NCBI GenBank assembly: GCA_964465945.1
Contig: CAYXMM010000005.1
Span: 30,703-94,702, forward strand
Direction: 5' to 3'
DNA: 64,000 nt
DNA from: an uncultured Hyphomicrobiales bacterium
GTDB lineage: Bacteria; Bacteroidota; Ignavibacteria; Kapaibacteriales; UBA2268
Below, piece by piece: positions 29,441 through 38,384 of this stretch. The notes under the pieces are model-generated. The model made no database searches. It was not told the origin of the DNA and saw only the letters and a program-made list of their open reading frames with translations. The stretch's first letter is position 1. Each line of letters opens with the position of its first letter. Both the position numbers and the translations under genes were made by a program.

Positions 29441-30759
29441 ACCCTAACGTAATAGACACTGTTAATATTCCCAAATCTGGATTTAACGATATTTATCTTC
29501 CACTTTTTGAGGATAATAACAGGACTTTTGTGTTATATGGTGGCAGGGGTTCGGCAAAGTCTGCATTTGCGGCGCAGTATATTATCACAGATTTGATGCA
29601 GAGACCTTATACTAAATGGATATGTATGAGGAAAATCTTCGCAGACATCAAAGACTCTCAATTCGCTACACTTAAATGGGTAATTAGTCATTGGAAATTG
29701 GAAGACTTATTTTATGTAACTCATTCGCCGATGGAGATTACTTGTGTCAAGAATGGCAATAAGATTATATTTAGAGGTTTAGACAAACCATATAAAACTA
29801 AATCAATACTTAATCCCACTTGTGTGTGGTTTGAAGAAGGGAATGAAATCGGATTTGATGAATATACTAAAACCACAACCTCGTTAAGAGGTCCTTCTGG
29901 CTCAAAGTTACGTGAAATAATCACGTTTAATCCAGAGCAAGAGGACGATTGGATTAATGAGTATTTCTTTCCACCGAAAGAGACTTATGAGAAAACTAAT
30001 GAGCCGTATAATTACATTAAAAGCATCAGAGATAATGCTACAATCTTGCATACTACATATAAAGATAACAAGTGGATAAAGGATGATGAGATTAATAAAC
30101 TTGAATCGTTAAAAGATATTGATGATAATTATTATAAGGTTTATACATTAGGTCATTGGGGTGGTGCATTAAAGGGACTGGTCTATACTAATTGGGATAC
30201 TTATGAAACAGAACCGAACGGGCAAGTAGTTTATGGGCTTGACTTTGGTTATAATGATCCTATGGCTTTGGTTAAAGTTACTCGGAAAGAGAATGATTTA
30301 TATGTCCGTGAAATGTTTTATAAGTCTGGCTGGACTACAAGTGAGTTTATTGAGGAGTTACCTAAATTAATTCACGATAAGTATACCGAGATTTATGCTG
30401 ACCACGAGCCAGATAGGATTGAAGAGATTTATAATAAGAATTACAATATTTATCCTGCGGATAAAGGTGCTAATTCAATTAAAAGCGGTATTGATTTTAT
30501 AAAGAGTTTCAAAATACATATTCATAAAGATTCGCATAATTTGATGAGAGAGTTAAAAAGGTATATTTATAAACAAGATAAAAATGGCAGGTCTCTTGAA
30601 TTGCCCGTCGACTTTGAAAATCACTCATTAGATGCTATGCGATATGCAATTAATACTCACGGACGTAAATATTGGCAAAATTCTGCAATAGTTTTGCCTT
30701 CGCTAACGAAAGATAGAAATAAAAGATTTAATAATAACTTTAAACAAGTAGGTTTTTAA
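29437..30759 (+). CDS. Terminase large subunit (PBSX/Terminase_6-like)
   Basis: 440 aa; Walker A VLYGGRGSAKS, C-terminal nuclease-like acidic residues, length typical of TerL. Confidence 0.8.
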   Translation: MNPNVIDTVNIPKSGFNDIYLPLFEDNNRTFVLYGGRGSAKSAFAAQYIITDLMQRPYTKWICMRKIFADIKDSQFATLKWVISHWKLEDLFYVTHSPMEITCVKNGNKIIFRGLDKPYKTKSILNPTCVWFEEGNEIGFDEYTKTTTSLRGPSGSKLREIITFNPEQEDDWINEYFFPPKETYEKTNEPYNYIKSIRDNATILHTTYKDNKWIKDDEINKLESLKDIDDNYYKVYTLGHWGGALKGLVYTNWDTYETEPNGQVVYGLDFGYNDPMALVKVTRKENDLYVREMFYKSGWTTSEFIEELPKLIHDKYTEIYADHEPDRIEEIYNKNYNIYPADKGANSIKSGIDFIKSFKIHIHKDSHNLMRELKRYIYKQDKNGRSLELPVDFENHSLDAMRYAINTHGRKYWQNSAIVLPSLTKDRNKRFNNNFKQVGF

Positions 30760-30760
30760 A

Positions 30761-33001
30761 ATGGAGAATCAAGATAAATTAATATTACCAAGAATTAAAC
30801 AACTCGGCAAGGAATATAAAATTAATTCAAATTCAGTTTCATACTGGAATAGTTTAATTGATAATCCAGACGCTCTTTTAAAACGAATTGGCAAGGATAT
30901 TCAAGTTTATGATGATATGCTTAACGATTCACATCTTTATGCTGTGGTTCAGTCTCGAAAGAGTGGGGTTTTATCGAAAGAATGGGAACTCGACCAGTAT
31001 GATAGTGAGCAGAGTATATATGATTTTGTTGAAGTTGTACTTAATAATTTAGATATTCATGATTGTATTAGAAGTATTTTAGATGCTCCACTATTTGGAT
31101 TTCAACCTATTGAGATTATTTGGGAAGTGATTGACGGGAAGTTAATTCCTGTGAAACTTAATAAACGTCCGAGACAATATTTTAAATTTGATATTGATAA
31201 TAATTTGGTTTTTATTGATGATAATGGCTCAACTGAAATTACTCCAAATGATAAATTTTTAATTCCTCGCTACGAAGCCAGCCGTGATAATCCTTACGGA
31301 ACTCCTTTGCTATCTAAATGTTACTGGTCGATTGTTCTAAAGAATGATGCCCGTAAGTCTTGGTCAGTGTTTATTGAGAAATTTGGTATGCCGTGGGTGA
31401 AAACACTTTATAAATCGCAGAGGTATCAATCTCAAAAAGATGTCGACGATTTACTTGATAGAATTTATAGTTATTCCGCAGATTCTATGTTCGCTTTGCC
31501 TGATGATGTTGAGTTGGATTTAATAAATGGGACTCAAACCTCTTCATCTGAAATTTACAATGCTTTTATTAATAAATGTATGGAAGATGTGAGTGAGGTA
31601 ATCTTAGGGCATACTTCGGCTACTACTTCGACGCCTGGTAAATTAGGGAATGAGAATATGGCTCAAAGTGTGGTAGATAGGATTATAGAGTCAGATATGA
31701 TTTTGGTTGAATCTACTTTTAATACTTTAATTAAAAAAATAGTGGATTTGAACTTTAATACTAATCAATATCCTTATTTTAGATTGGTCGAAGAGCAAGA
31801 TATAAACAAAGATAGAGCCGAGAGAGATGCTATTTTGTATTCAATGGGATTGCGATTCACAGAAGATTACTATGTGCGTGAGTTTAATTATTATAAAGGT
31901 GATTTCACTTTAAGTAATAGCGATAATTTAGGAGATTTAAGCCCAAAAAAGCTTATGAATCCGAGTAATTTTATTAATATATTGAACTCGGACGATAAGG
32001 ATAAGATTGGCGAGAAAGAGCAAGAAGTTACAGACAAATTCATAGAGCATTTATTAGACCCAGATAAGAATGAGACTTTATTTACGGATTTAATCAAGCC
32101 AATTATTGATTATGCTGGCAAAAATAAACTTGATGATTTGAAAAAAAACTATTATAAAGCTTATAGCAAGATAGATGCAAGTGATTTTATTGAAATAATC
32201 GAACGAGCAATTCTCATTATTCAAATTTACGGCTTAAACTCGGTCGATGAAGAAGAAGAAGAGCAAAAAGACAGGTTTAATTACTTCAACAAAGATGATA
32301 TTTCTTTGCAAGATTTAATTTTTGCTTTGGATAAAGAGCCAGAAGAAATTGTTGCTTATTTTAGGTCAAAAGGAGTGAAAATTTCTGATGACTGGCAGGA
32401 TACTTTTAAAATTATCAAACAACACGCATTCACTGTTGCTGGTGTTGTTAAAATGGACTTATTGGTTGACTTTAAGGAGATGATTGAGAAAGCAATCAAA
32501 GAGGGATTAAGTCAAGAGGAGTTTAAGAAGCAGTTAAAGGAGAGATTTAAAGAGAAAGGTTGGCTGAAAGACAAAGATAATAATAAACTCATCGAACCTT
32601 GGAGATTAGATACAATTTACAGAACTAATCTTCAAGACGCTTTTATGCAGGGGCGATGGAACGGACACACTTTAAATATTAAGAATGCACCTTATGTGAT
32701 GTGTAGTTCGGTGATGGATAACTCAACGACATCGGATTGCCGTGCTTTAGACGGGCAAGTCTTCAGAATTGATGACGATTATTTTGCAAAGAATCTGCGA
32801 CCGCCAGGGCATTATAATTGCAGACGGATTACGATTTCTTTGAGTGAAAATTTAGTAAAAAAACGTGGGTATAAGGTAAATAAAGGTATTGATTTTAAAA
32901 ATCATCGTAATCAGAAAGGATTTGATAACAAAGGTAATCCTTGGTTACCTAATAAATCTGATTACCCAAGTGAATTATGGAAAGAATTTGAGAAAAAATA
33001 A
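30761..33001 (+). CDS. Portal protein fused to a Mu F-like minor head/morphogenesis domain
   Basis: 746 aa following TerL; C-terminal …DCRALDGQVF…PPGHYNCRRIT matches the Mu F-like domain signature. Confidence 0.7.
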   Translation: MENQDKLILPRIKQLGKEYKINSNSVSYWNSLIDNPDALLKRIGKDIQVYDDMLNDSHLYAVVQSRKSGVLSKEWELDQYDSEQSIYDFVEVVLNNLDIHDCIRSILDAPLFGFQPIEIIWEVIDGKLIPVKLNKRPRQYFKFDIDNNLVFIDDNGSTEITPNDKFLIPRYEASRDNPYGTPLLSKCYWSIVLKNDARKSWSVFIEKFGMPWVKTLYKSQRYQSQKDVDDLLDRIYSYSADSMFALPDDVELDLINGTQTSSSEIYNAFINKCMEDVSEVILGHTSATTSTPGKLGNENMAQSVVDRIIESDMILVESTFNTLIKKIVDLNFNTNQYPYFRLVEEQDINKDRAERDAILYSMGLRFTEDYYVREFNYYKGDFTLSNSDNLGDLSPKKLMNPSNFINILNSDDKDKIGEKEQEVTDKFIEHLLDPDKNETLFTDLIKPIIDYAGKNKLDDLKKNYYKAYSKIDASDFIEIIERAILIIQIYGLNSVDEEEEEQKDRFNYFNKDDISLQDLIFALDKEPEEIVAYFRSKGVKISDDWQDTFKIIKQHAFTVAGVVKMDLLVDFKEMIEKAIKEGLSQEEFKKQLKERFKEKGWLKDKDNNKLIEPWRLDTIYRTNLQDAFMQGRWNGHTLNIKNAPYVMCSSVMDNSTTSDCRALDGQVFRIDDDYFAKNLRPPGHYNCRRITISLSENLVKKRGYKVNKGIDFKNHRNQKGFDNKGNPWLPNKSDYPSELWKEFEKK

Positions 33002-33438
33002 TGATTGAATTTAATATTAACTCCGATGACCTGAATAATCAATTTGGTAAAATTCAAGGTGAAGTAAATAAAAAGATTGACCTCAAGAAAATATATAGAG
33101 GTGTCGGCGAGGTATTGCAGACGGCTGTTAACTTCCAATTTGAAGAAGAAGGGGCTTATTTAGGTAGGAAATGGGAGCCACTCGCAGCATCAACAATCGA
33201 AAGACGTAAGAAGTTAGGTAAATGGCCAGGTAGCATTATGCAGGTTACTGGGCGATTGAAGTCATCGTTTACTTATTCAATCGTTGGCAATTCGGTGATT
33301 ATAGGCACGAACGTATCTTATGCAAAAAAATTGCACTTTGGAATTGGACGAATGCCAGCTCGCCCTTTATTTACTTCACTGCTAAACGAAGAGACAAAGG
33401 ACGAGATTAAGCATGCTATTTTAAAGGGACTGGTGTAA
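33001..33438 (+). CDS. Virion morphogenesis protein (Mu G / Phage_tail_S-like)
   Basis: 145 aa; WEPLAASTIERRKKLG…IMQVTGRLKSSF matches the W.PL…R…G…tGrL.S signature of Mu gpG-like proteins. Confidence 0.55.
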   Translation: MIEFNINSDDLNNQFGKIQGEVNKKIDLKKIYRGVGEVLQTAVNFQFEEEGAYLGRKWEPLAASTIERRKKLGKWPGSIMQVTGRLKSSFTYSIVGNSVIIGTNVSYAKKLHFGIGRMPARPLFTSLLNEETKDEIKHAILKGLV

Positions 33439-33449
33439 TCTAATATTAT

Positions 33450-33947
33450 TTATACTTTATAAATTAAATTTCCTATTTTTTTAATTTTGTCTCTGATTTG
33501 ATTAAGTAGTTGTAGATTAACATTGTTTAAAGTTTCTTTTTTATTAGGGTTTAAATTTGGTTTTTCATACATGACAGAAATACACCTTTTCAATTCAAAG
33601 CATGAATCTTGAAGTATTTTTAATTTATCTTGGATATCTCCCTTTTGTATATCATAAAATATTGTATAATTTTGCATTGTTTCAATATTCTTTATAATAT
33701 TAATAAATACCTCTTCATATTTACTTAAATCAATGTTAATATAATTATTATTATATATTTGGTTTAGTTCAATTGCCGAATTTGACAGATAATTATAATA
33801 TTTTATTAATGTTTTAAAGTAATAATCATGCTCTCTTATTTTTTTGTTAATTCTAAGATAAATGTAAATTACTGCAATAAAATTTAATAATGATAAAAAA
33901 GAATTAAGTAAATCCCCGTATGTTATATCAGTCAAACAATTCATCAA
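33450..33947 (-). CDS. Small N-terminally membrane-anchored protein; third gene of the GHKL/STAS-like operon
   Basis: 165 aa; N-terminal TM (LLNSFLSLLNFIAVIYIYL), remainder soluble; ATGA start/stop overlap with the upstream gene. Confidence 0.4.
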   Translation of the reverse strand: MMNCLTDITYGDLLNSFLSLLNFIAVIYIYLRINKKIREHDYYFKTLIKYYNYLSNSAIELNQIYNNNYINIDLSKYEEVFINIIKNIETMQNYTIFYDIQKGDIQDKLKILQDSCFELKRCISVMYEKPNLNPNKKETLNNVNLQLLNQIRDKIKKIGNLIYKV

Positions 33948-34321
33948 TTGAGATATTCTCTATTAGCATTTGTAATATATTCATCTATTATTTCCCGAAT
34001 ATTTGAATTTTCCGTTGAAGTAATTATTAAAGTTTTTAAGACTCTGTCGCTTTTATATTTTCTAGACAATTCGCCAAATGATCCATCGTAAAAACTTGAA
34101 GGTCTAGTTAATAAATCGTCTACATTAACTACGAGTTTTACATTATTTTTTTCTGCTTCTAAAAATTTAGGTTCTAATATCGAATTTAAAAACCTTTCAC
34201 CTGAATTCTTCTCACCATTATTTTCTTCATTTAAATACCTCTTCCCAGGTACTTTTGAGAAGTCTGTTGCAATATTTATCATTAGATTATCCATTAAATT
34301 CCCAATAATAATACGTTCCAT
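33944..34321 (-). CDS. STAS-like (DUF4325-type) small protein
   Basis: 125 aa; VNVDDLLTRPSSFYDGSFGEL matches the …vDF.gV…sSF.DE.fg.L signature I recall for STAS-like DUF4325 proteins that partner with GHKL ATPases; overlaps upstream gene by 35 nt. Confidence 0.45.
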   Translation of the reverse strand: MERIIIGNLMDNLMINIATDFSKVPGKRYLNEENNGEKNSGERFLNSILEPKFLEAEKNNVKLVVNVDDLLTRPSSFYDGSFGELSRKYKSDRVLKTLIITSTENSNIREIIDEYITNANREYLN

Positions 34322-35279
34322 TAAAAGGAATGTTTTTTTCTATATACTCATCCTTTTGTGGTTCAGCCAAAATATTATTGGCAAAAATACGCAAATTTTG
34401 AATATTACCATCATTTAATATTTTATTGATAGTTGGTAATCCTCTACCTCTATGTTGTTCTTTTGTTCTTGACAAATTTGCCTCGTTTTTTAATATCATT
34501 TTTAGTTTTTCAGAAGCATTATAACTAATTAAACCTATATATTTTTTTTTATCTTCAATTGTGTTCATAATCCCTTTCCCGTGATCCATAAATACAAATT
34601 GAAATGCTTTTAAGTTGTTGTTGTAAAAAACACTAAGCCACCATTTTTCAGAGGAATTTTGCTCACCAGCATGTTCTGCCGTGTTATCCATTATTTCCGT
34701 AAGAACAGTCATACAATCAACGATTGTATCTTTGTTTATACTAGGAAATTTTGAATTTATAAATTTATAAATTTGTTCTATCAACTCTATGCTTCTATTT
34801 TCATATGCTAAAATTTGAAACATTTCACCAATACTATCATGCACATCAATGCCGGCTCCCTCTTTTGATGTATATTGATGGAAACCTGAATCTGAAATAA
34901 AAGTATCTACATCGTTACTTAAAGGTGATATAAATGAAATAAAATGTCTCTTTTGAGGGTATTTGTAAAACACTGAAACTAAATACATTAAAGTAGATGT
35001 ATCAGTTATACTAACATTTTCAAAACTCAATGCAACATACTTGTTATTGTTTATCAATTTTATTGCTGTATTTATTATTTTTTCAATTTCTTTATAATTT
35101 TGTAATAATTCTAAATTCTCTGGAAACTTTATTTCTTTCTTTTTTAGACTTGTTATAGGTGTTCCAATATTTTCTTGTTGTAATTGCCTTTTATTACTTT
35201 TCTTTTTCCTGTTTTTACGTTTATTTTCTTTTATTCTATTAAATTTCTTCCTTTCATTTGTAGTATGTAATTTTTTCAT
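34287..35279 (-). CDS. GHKL-superfamily ATPase (anti-sigma-factor-kinase/histidine-kinase-like) with a highly basic N-terminal tail
   Basis: 330 aa; MTVLTEIMDNTAEHAG (N-box E…N..H), FMDHGKGI (G1 box D.G.G), HRGRGLPTI (G2 box); N-terminal 40 aa are ~50% K/R. Confidence 0.5.
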   Translation of the reverse strand: MKKLHTTNERKKFNRIKENKRKNRKKKSNKRQLQQENIGTPITSLKKKEIKFPENLELLQNYKEIEKIINTAIKLINNNKYVALSFENVSITDTSTLMYLVSVFYKYPQKRHFISFISPLSNDVDTFISDSGFHQYTSKEGAGIDVHDSIGEMFQILAYENRSIELIEQIYKFINSKFPSINKDTIVDCMTVLTEIMDNTAEHAGEQNSSEKWWLSVFYNNNLKAFQFVFMDHGKGIMNTIEDKKKYIGLISYNASEKLKMILKNEANLSRTKEQHRGRGLPTINKILNDGNIQNLRIFANNILAEPQKDEYIEKNIPFNGTYYYWEFNG

Positions 35280-35441
35280 ATTCGTAAATTAGTTACTTCA
35301 CTTTAACATATTTTGTCGTATTCCAACATTCAAATTTAAGCCATTAATTCCAAACACGCAAGGGCTTTATGATTTTTTTTTGACTTCCTTACAAAATATT
35401 ATTTAATGTGATTAGGGATATTTTTATCTCCCTTTTCACAA

Positions 35442-35777
35442 TCACCACTCCCCAGATGCTATTATCGGATATTGCTTTGCTAAATGTGAAACATAAATCC
35501 AACAATCCAAATCGCCCTTGTAAGATATTACTTTGACTTTTACTCGCTGGTAAAAAGACGGAACACCTTCTAATTTATCTAATAAAGCCAGCGTTTTATC
35601 ATCGACTTCATAAACTTCACCTTTGATTTGTCCCTGCCCTTTGATTGCGAATGGAAATTGCGGTCCAGCGTGTAAATCAAACCCTTGTGCTACACCAAAG
35701 ATTGGTTTTAATGGGGAGAGCAACCTGTGATTTGGTTGCCCTTGCTTTAATGTTCCATAAACAAATACTAAATGCAT
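35442..35777 (-). CDS. AIG2/GGCT-fold gamma-glutamyl(amine) cyclotransferase-like protein
   Basis: 111 aa; VFVYGTLKQG motif and downstream GEVYEV…LDKLEG…YQRVKVKV with catalytic Glu, typical AIG2/GGACT. Confidence 0.75.
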   Translation of the reverse strand: MHLVFVYGTLKQGQPNHRLLSPLKPIFGVAQGFDLHAGPQFPFAIKGQGQIKGEVYEVDDKTLALLDKLEGVPSFYQRVKVKVISYKGDLDCWIYVSHLAKQYPIIASGEW

Positions 35778-36211
35778 TTTGTTACCTCTAATTTATTATA
35801 ATATTGTTTTGATAAAAACTCTTTACCTTTCAGCAAATGGTTTAAATATTTTTTACTAGGCTTTAGTCTAAAATCCACAAAGTAATTATTGGCTATGTAA
35901 ACGAAAGCCCATTTATAACCATACTTTGTTTTAACTAACATTTCAATTCGGTTATAATGAAAAGGGCAACCCTCAAATCTATCTAACTTTTTTATTTCGT
36001 TTTTACTTGCTAATTCATAAAGAACCCCTTCGACTTTTTCACCAATCTTATAATGAATATTAGCAAAGCCCTCACCCAATCGAAATGCTTTTTTTGAAAA
36101 TCTAAGTGTAGAATTTTCGATTGTTCCTTTCTCATAGCCAGTAAATTTCACTTGCCTTTCTATCATTCTTTCGACGTTCATATTTGAACCATAAGCGAAG
36201 TAGTAAAACAT
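35768..36211 (-). CDS. GGCT-fold gamma-glutamyl cyclotransferase-like protein (second paralogue)
   Basis: 147 aa; YFAYGSNMNVERM motif and VEGVLYEL…LDRFEG…YNRIEMLV. Confidence 0.75.
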   Translation of the reverse strand: MFYYFAYGSNMNVERMIERQVKFTGYEKGTIENSTLRFSKKAFRLGEGFANIHYKIGEKVEGVLYELASKNEIKKLDRFEGCPFHYNRIEMLVKTKYGYKWAFVYIANNYFVDFRLKPSKKYLNHLLKGKEFLSKQYYNKLEVTKCI

Positions 36212-36441
36212 TAAAGTTCCTCAACAAATTTATACTTGATTAAATCCTCTAAGAAATCTTCGCAGCAGTTAGACCTAATAATAACTGAATTATCTACATA
36301 ACATCTTTTTGCTGTTTCGGACATAAATAAATTAATATTATCTCTAAATCCGAATATTGAAAGTTGATTAAGTTGATTAACAAAATCAACTGGGTTCTGG
36401 GATTTAATTACTCCACCACCTAATAATTTATATTTTTTCAT
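36211..36441 (-). CDS. Small hypothetical protein (candidate substrate/partner of the amidoligase cassette)
   Basis: 76 aa; start overlaps stop of the downstream GGCT gene; Cys-rich middle (RSNCCEDF). Confidence 0.3.
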   Translation of the reverse strand: MKKYKLLGGGVIKSQNPVDFVNQLNQLSIFGFRDNINLFMSETAKRCYVDNSVIIRSNCCEDFLEDLIKYKFVEEL

Positions 36442-36515
36442 TTTATTACCCTTTATTTATTATTTTAAATTTTTCATTATCTAAATATTCACAGTTAATG
36501 CAGTCTGATGAGTTT

Positions 36516-36605
36516 TTACATTCTCATTGCTTCTTCTTTTGTGTATCTTTTTGCTTTCCAACTATTATTATTTTTGTCTACCCAATACCCTTTTTCTAAT
36601 TTCAT
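36516..36605 (-). CDS. Unannotated 29-aa basic peptide ORF (MKLEKGYWVDKNNNSWKAKRYTKEEAMRM) with a strong Shine-Dalgarno sequence
   Basis: AAGGAG 6 nt upstream of the ATG; sits between the amidoligase gene and the 76-aa ORF. Confidence 0.25.
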   Translation of the reverse strand: MKLEKGYWVDKNNNSWKAKRYTKEEAMRM

Positions 36606-36636
36606 TTTAAACTCCTTTTGAGAAAAGAGAGGTTGG

Positions 36637-37566
36637 CTAAGCTGCCAACTCTCTTGTTCTGTTTTGAAAATAATTTATTAAATCGTTGTTTAAAAATCTT
36701 CTTAAGTTTACATCATCAGCATTTTCGATTTCTGTTCGTTTGGAAATCTCAATCAATCTTGCTAAAAATTTTATCCAGTTTGAAATTTTCTCAAAACTTA
36801 CTGAAGCCCCATGTTGTCTAAATTCTACTGAATTTTGTCTCCAAAATGATTGAGTATTTAATTTATAATATCTACTTTGATTTGTTATTAAACTTTCAAT
36901 CTCTCTTAAACTTATTGCATTGTCAATTTTTATTTTATAATTAGCTACTTTCATTGTGTGGCAGTAGCTGTTAGAATTTCCTCTTCTTGATTGTGGCATA
37001 AATCCATCAATCCAAGTTTCTAAGTTTGCATAATTTTTATATAAATTTTTCCAAGTTTCCAATTCAAAGTTCGAAGCATCAAAGTGAATATGAACTCCAC
37101 AAGATTTGTTTGTTTTTGCTTCTAAGCCCCTTGTGATTAAAAGTACTGTTTTAAGTTGTCTTAATCCATCTTCGCCTTGTAATTTTGGTGAAACAATTTC
37201 AAAAGAATTAGCACCTTGAAGTGAAGCGTCCCTTACAATTTTCCAATGGTCTCTTGTTTGGTGATTGTAGCCTTCGGCGTTTGTGTTAATTCCTGCGTTT
37301 CTTAGTTCAGTTTCTAATTCTTGCATTTTAATTCCAAAAGCTTCAATCTCAACTCCAAAAGTATGGTTGAATTGGAAGTTTGTTAATGAAGTGCTTATTC
37401 TTGTGTTAAGTTGTGCCTCAGCCCATTTTTTATGAACGTTGAAAGCAAATCCGTAATTTGTTCCAAGTAATTCAGCAACTTGATTTCTTGTCAATCCCAA
37501 ATCAAAAAGCAATCTCATTTTTGCTGTTTTGTTTAGCGTGCTGTTTATTATTTGTTCTTGTGTCAT
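36637..37566 (-). CDS. Putative amidoligase (Amidoligase_2 / glutamine-synthetase-like COOH-NH2 ligase family)
   Basis: 309 aa; N-terminal FGVEIEAFG motif and overall size fit the Amidoligase_2 family, which Pfam describes as occurring next to AIG2-type cyclotransferases. Confidence 0.55.
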   Translation of the reverse strand: MTQEQIINSTLNKTAKMRLLFDLGLTRNQVAELLGTNYGFAFNVHKKWAEAQLNTRISTSLTNFQFNHTFGVEIEAFGIKMQELETELRNAGINTNAEGYNHQTRDHWKIVRDASLQGANSFEIVSPKLQGEDGLRQLKTVLLITRGLEAKTNKSCGVHIHFDASNFELETWKNLYKNYANLETWIDGFMPQSRRGNSNSYCHTMKVANYKIKIDNAISLREIESLITNQSRYYKLNTQSFWRQNSVEFRQHGASVSFEKISNWIKFLARLIEISKRTEIENADDVNLRRFLNNDLINYFQNRTRELAA

Positions 37567-37760
37567 TTTATAACTCCTTGTTTATTAAGTATTTAATTAA
37601 TTGTTTTAATTTAAAAGCAACTTAACACTTAATCTCTTGCAAGTCAAGTCATAACTTGTTTATTTTCAAGTAATTATAAAATAAAGTTATCCACTACGGA
37701 ATTTTCAATAATTTTGACAAAGAACGACAATAATTTTTCTTTTGGGTTTGATTTTACCTC

Positions 37761-37994
37761 GTGATTTTATTAACTAAAAATTTATTATTTTTGCAAATGA
37801 CATTAACCGAATTAATTTATTCAGATTTAGAGAAAAGGCGACTCTTTTACCTTAATTCAAACGAAGAAGAACTAAGGCAATTATATAGTGAAATCAATAG
37901 CTTTGAAGATGTAAGAGAAGCAAAGTTAATTAAAAAAGAACTTGGATTATTAATTAATTTACTTTATAAGCCGATTAAGATTAAATCAACTTAA
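37761..37994 (+). CDS. Small hypothetical protein
   Basis: 77-aa ORF, the only plus-strand ORF between two minus-strand blocks. Confidence 0.2.
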   Translation: MILLTKNLLFLQMTLTELIYSDLEKRRLFYLNSNEEELRQLYSEINSFEDVREAKLIKKELGLLINLLYKPIKIKST

Positions 37995-38261
37995 TTTTTT
38001 TATTAAAGTTTTATAATTAATTCCTAATTCTTTTGCTATCTTTTGCTTACTAACATTTTTATACTTATCCTGCTTGATTACTCGTTCTACGACTCTGTCG
38101 AAATAAAGCAACGACGGAATATAAATTTGAACTCCGCTATAAAGCTCAATAAGTTTTTTCATTGCATCAATCCCAATAATGTGGGCAATCTCTTGGAGCT
38201 GTTCTTTTGCTCTCAAATCCTCAAATGCTATATTTTCTATTATTTCTTTTTTTATACTCAT
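37986..38261 (-). CDS. Small helix-turn-helix DNA-binding protein
   Basis: 91 aa; C-terminal KQKIAKELGINYKTLIKKL is an HTH. Confidence 0.35.
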   Translation of the reverse strand: MSIKKEIIENIAFEDLRAKEQLQEIAHIIGIDAMKKLIELYSGVQIYIPSLLYFDRVVERVIKQDKYKNVSKQKIAKELGINYKTLIKKLS

Positions 38262-38384
38262 TTTTCCTCCATATTTACGCTGTATTGAATTTTAATTTTA
38301 ATTTTGGTATCTTTATACACTCTCTGTCGCTTCGTTTAACCTACCCTCAATTCTGCAACAAATCGGGCATAATAAGCAAGTCCA

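Noticed and set aside
36618-36821. 67-aa plus-strand ORF
   Set aside because: Antisense within the amidoligase gene; its start overlaps the hairpin, and the minus-strand 29-aa ORF with a real SD explains the region better.
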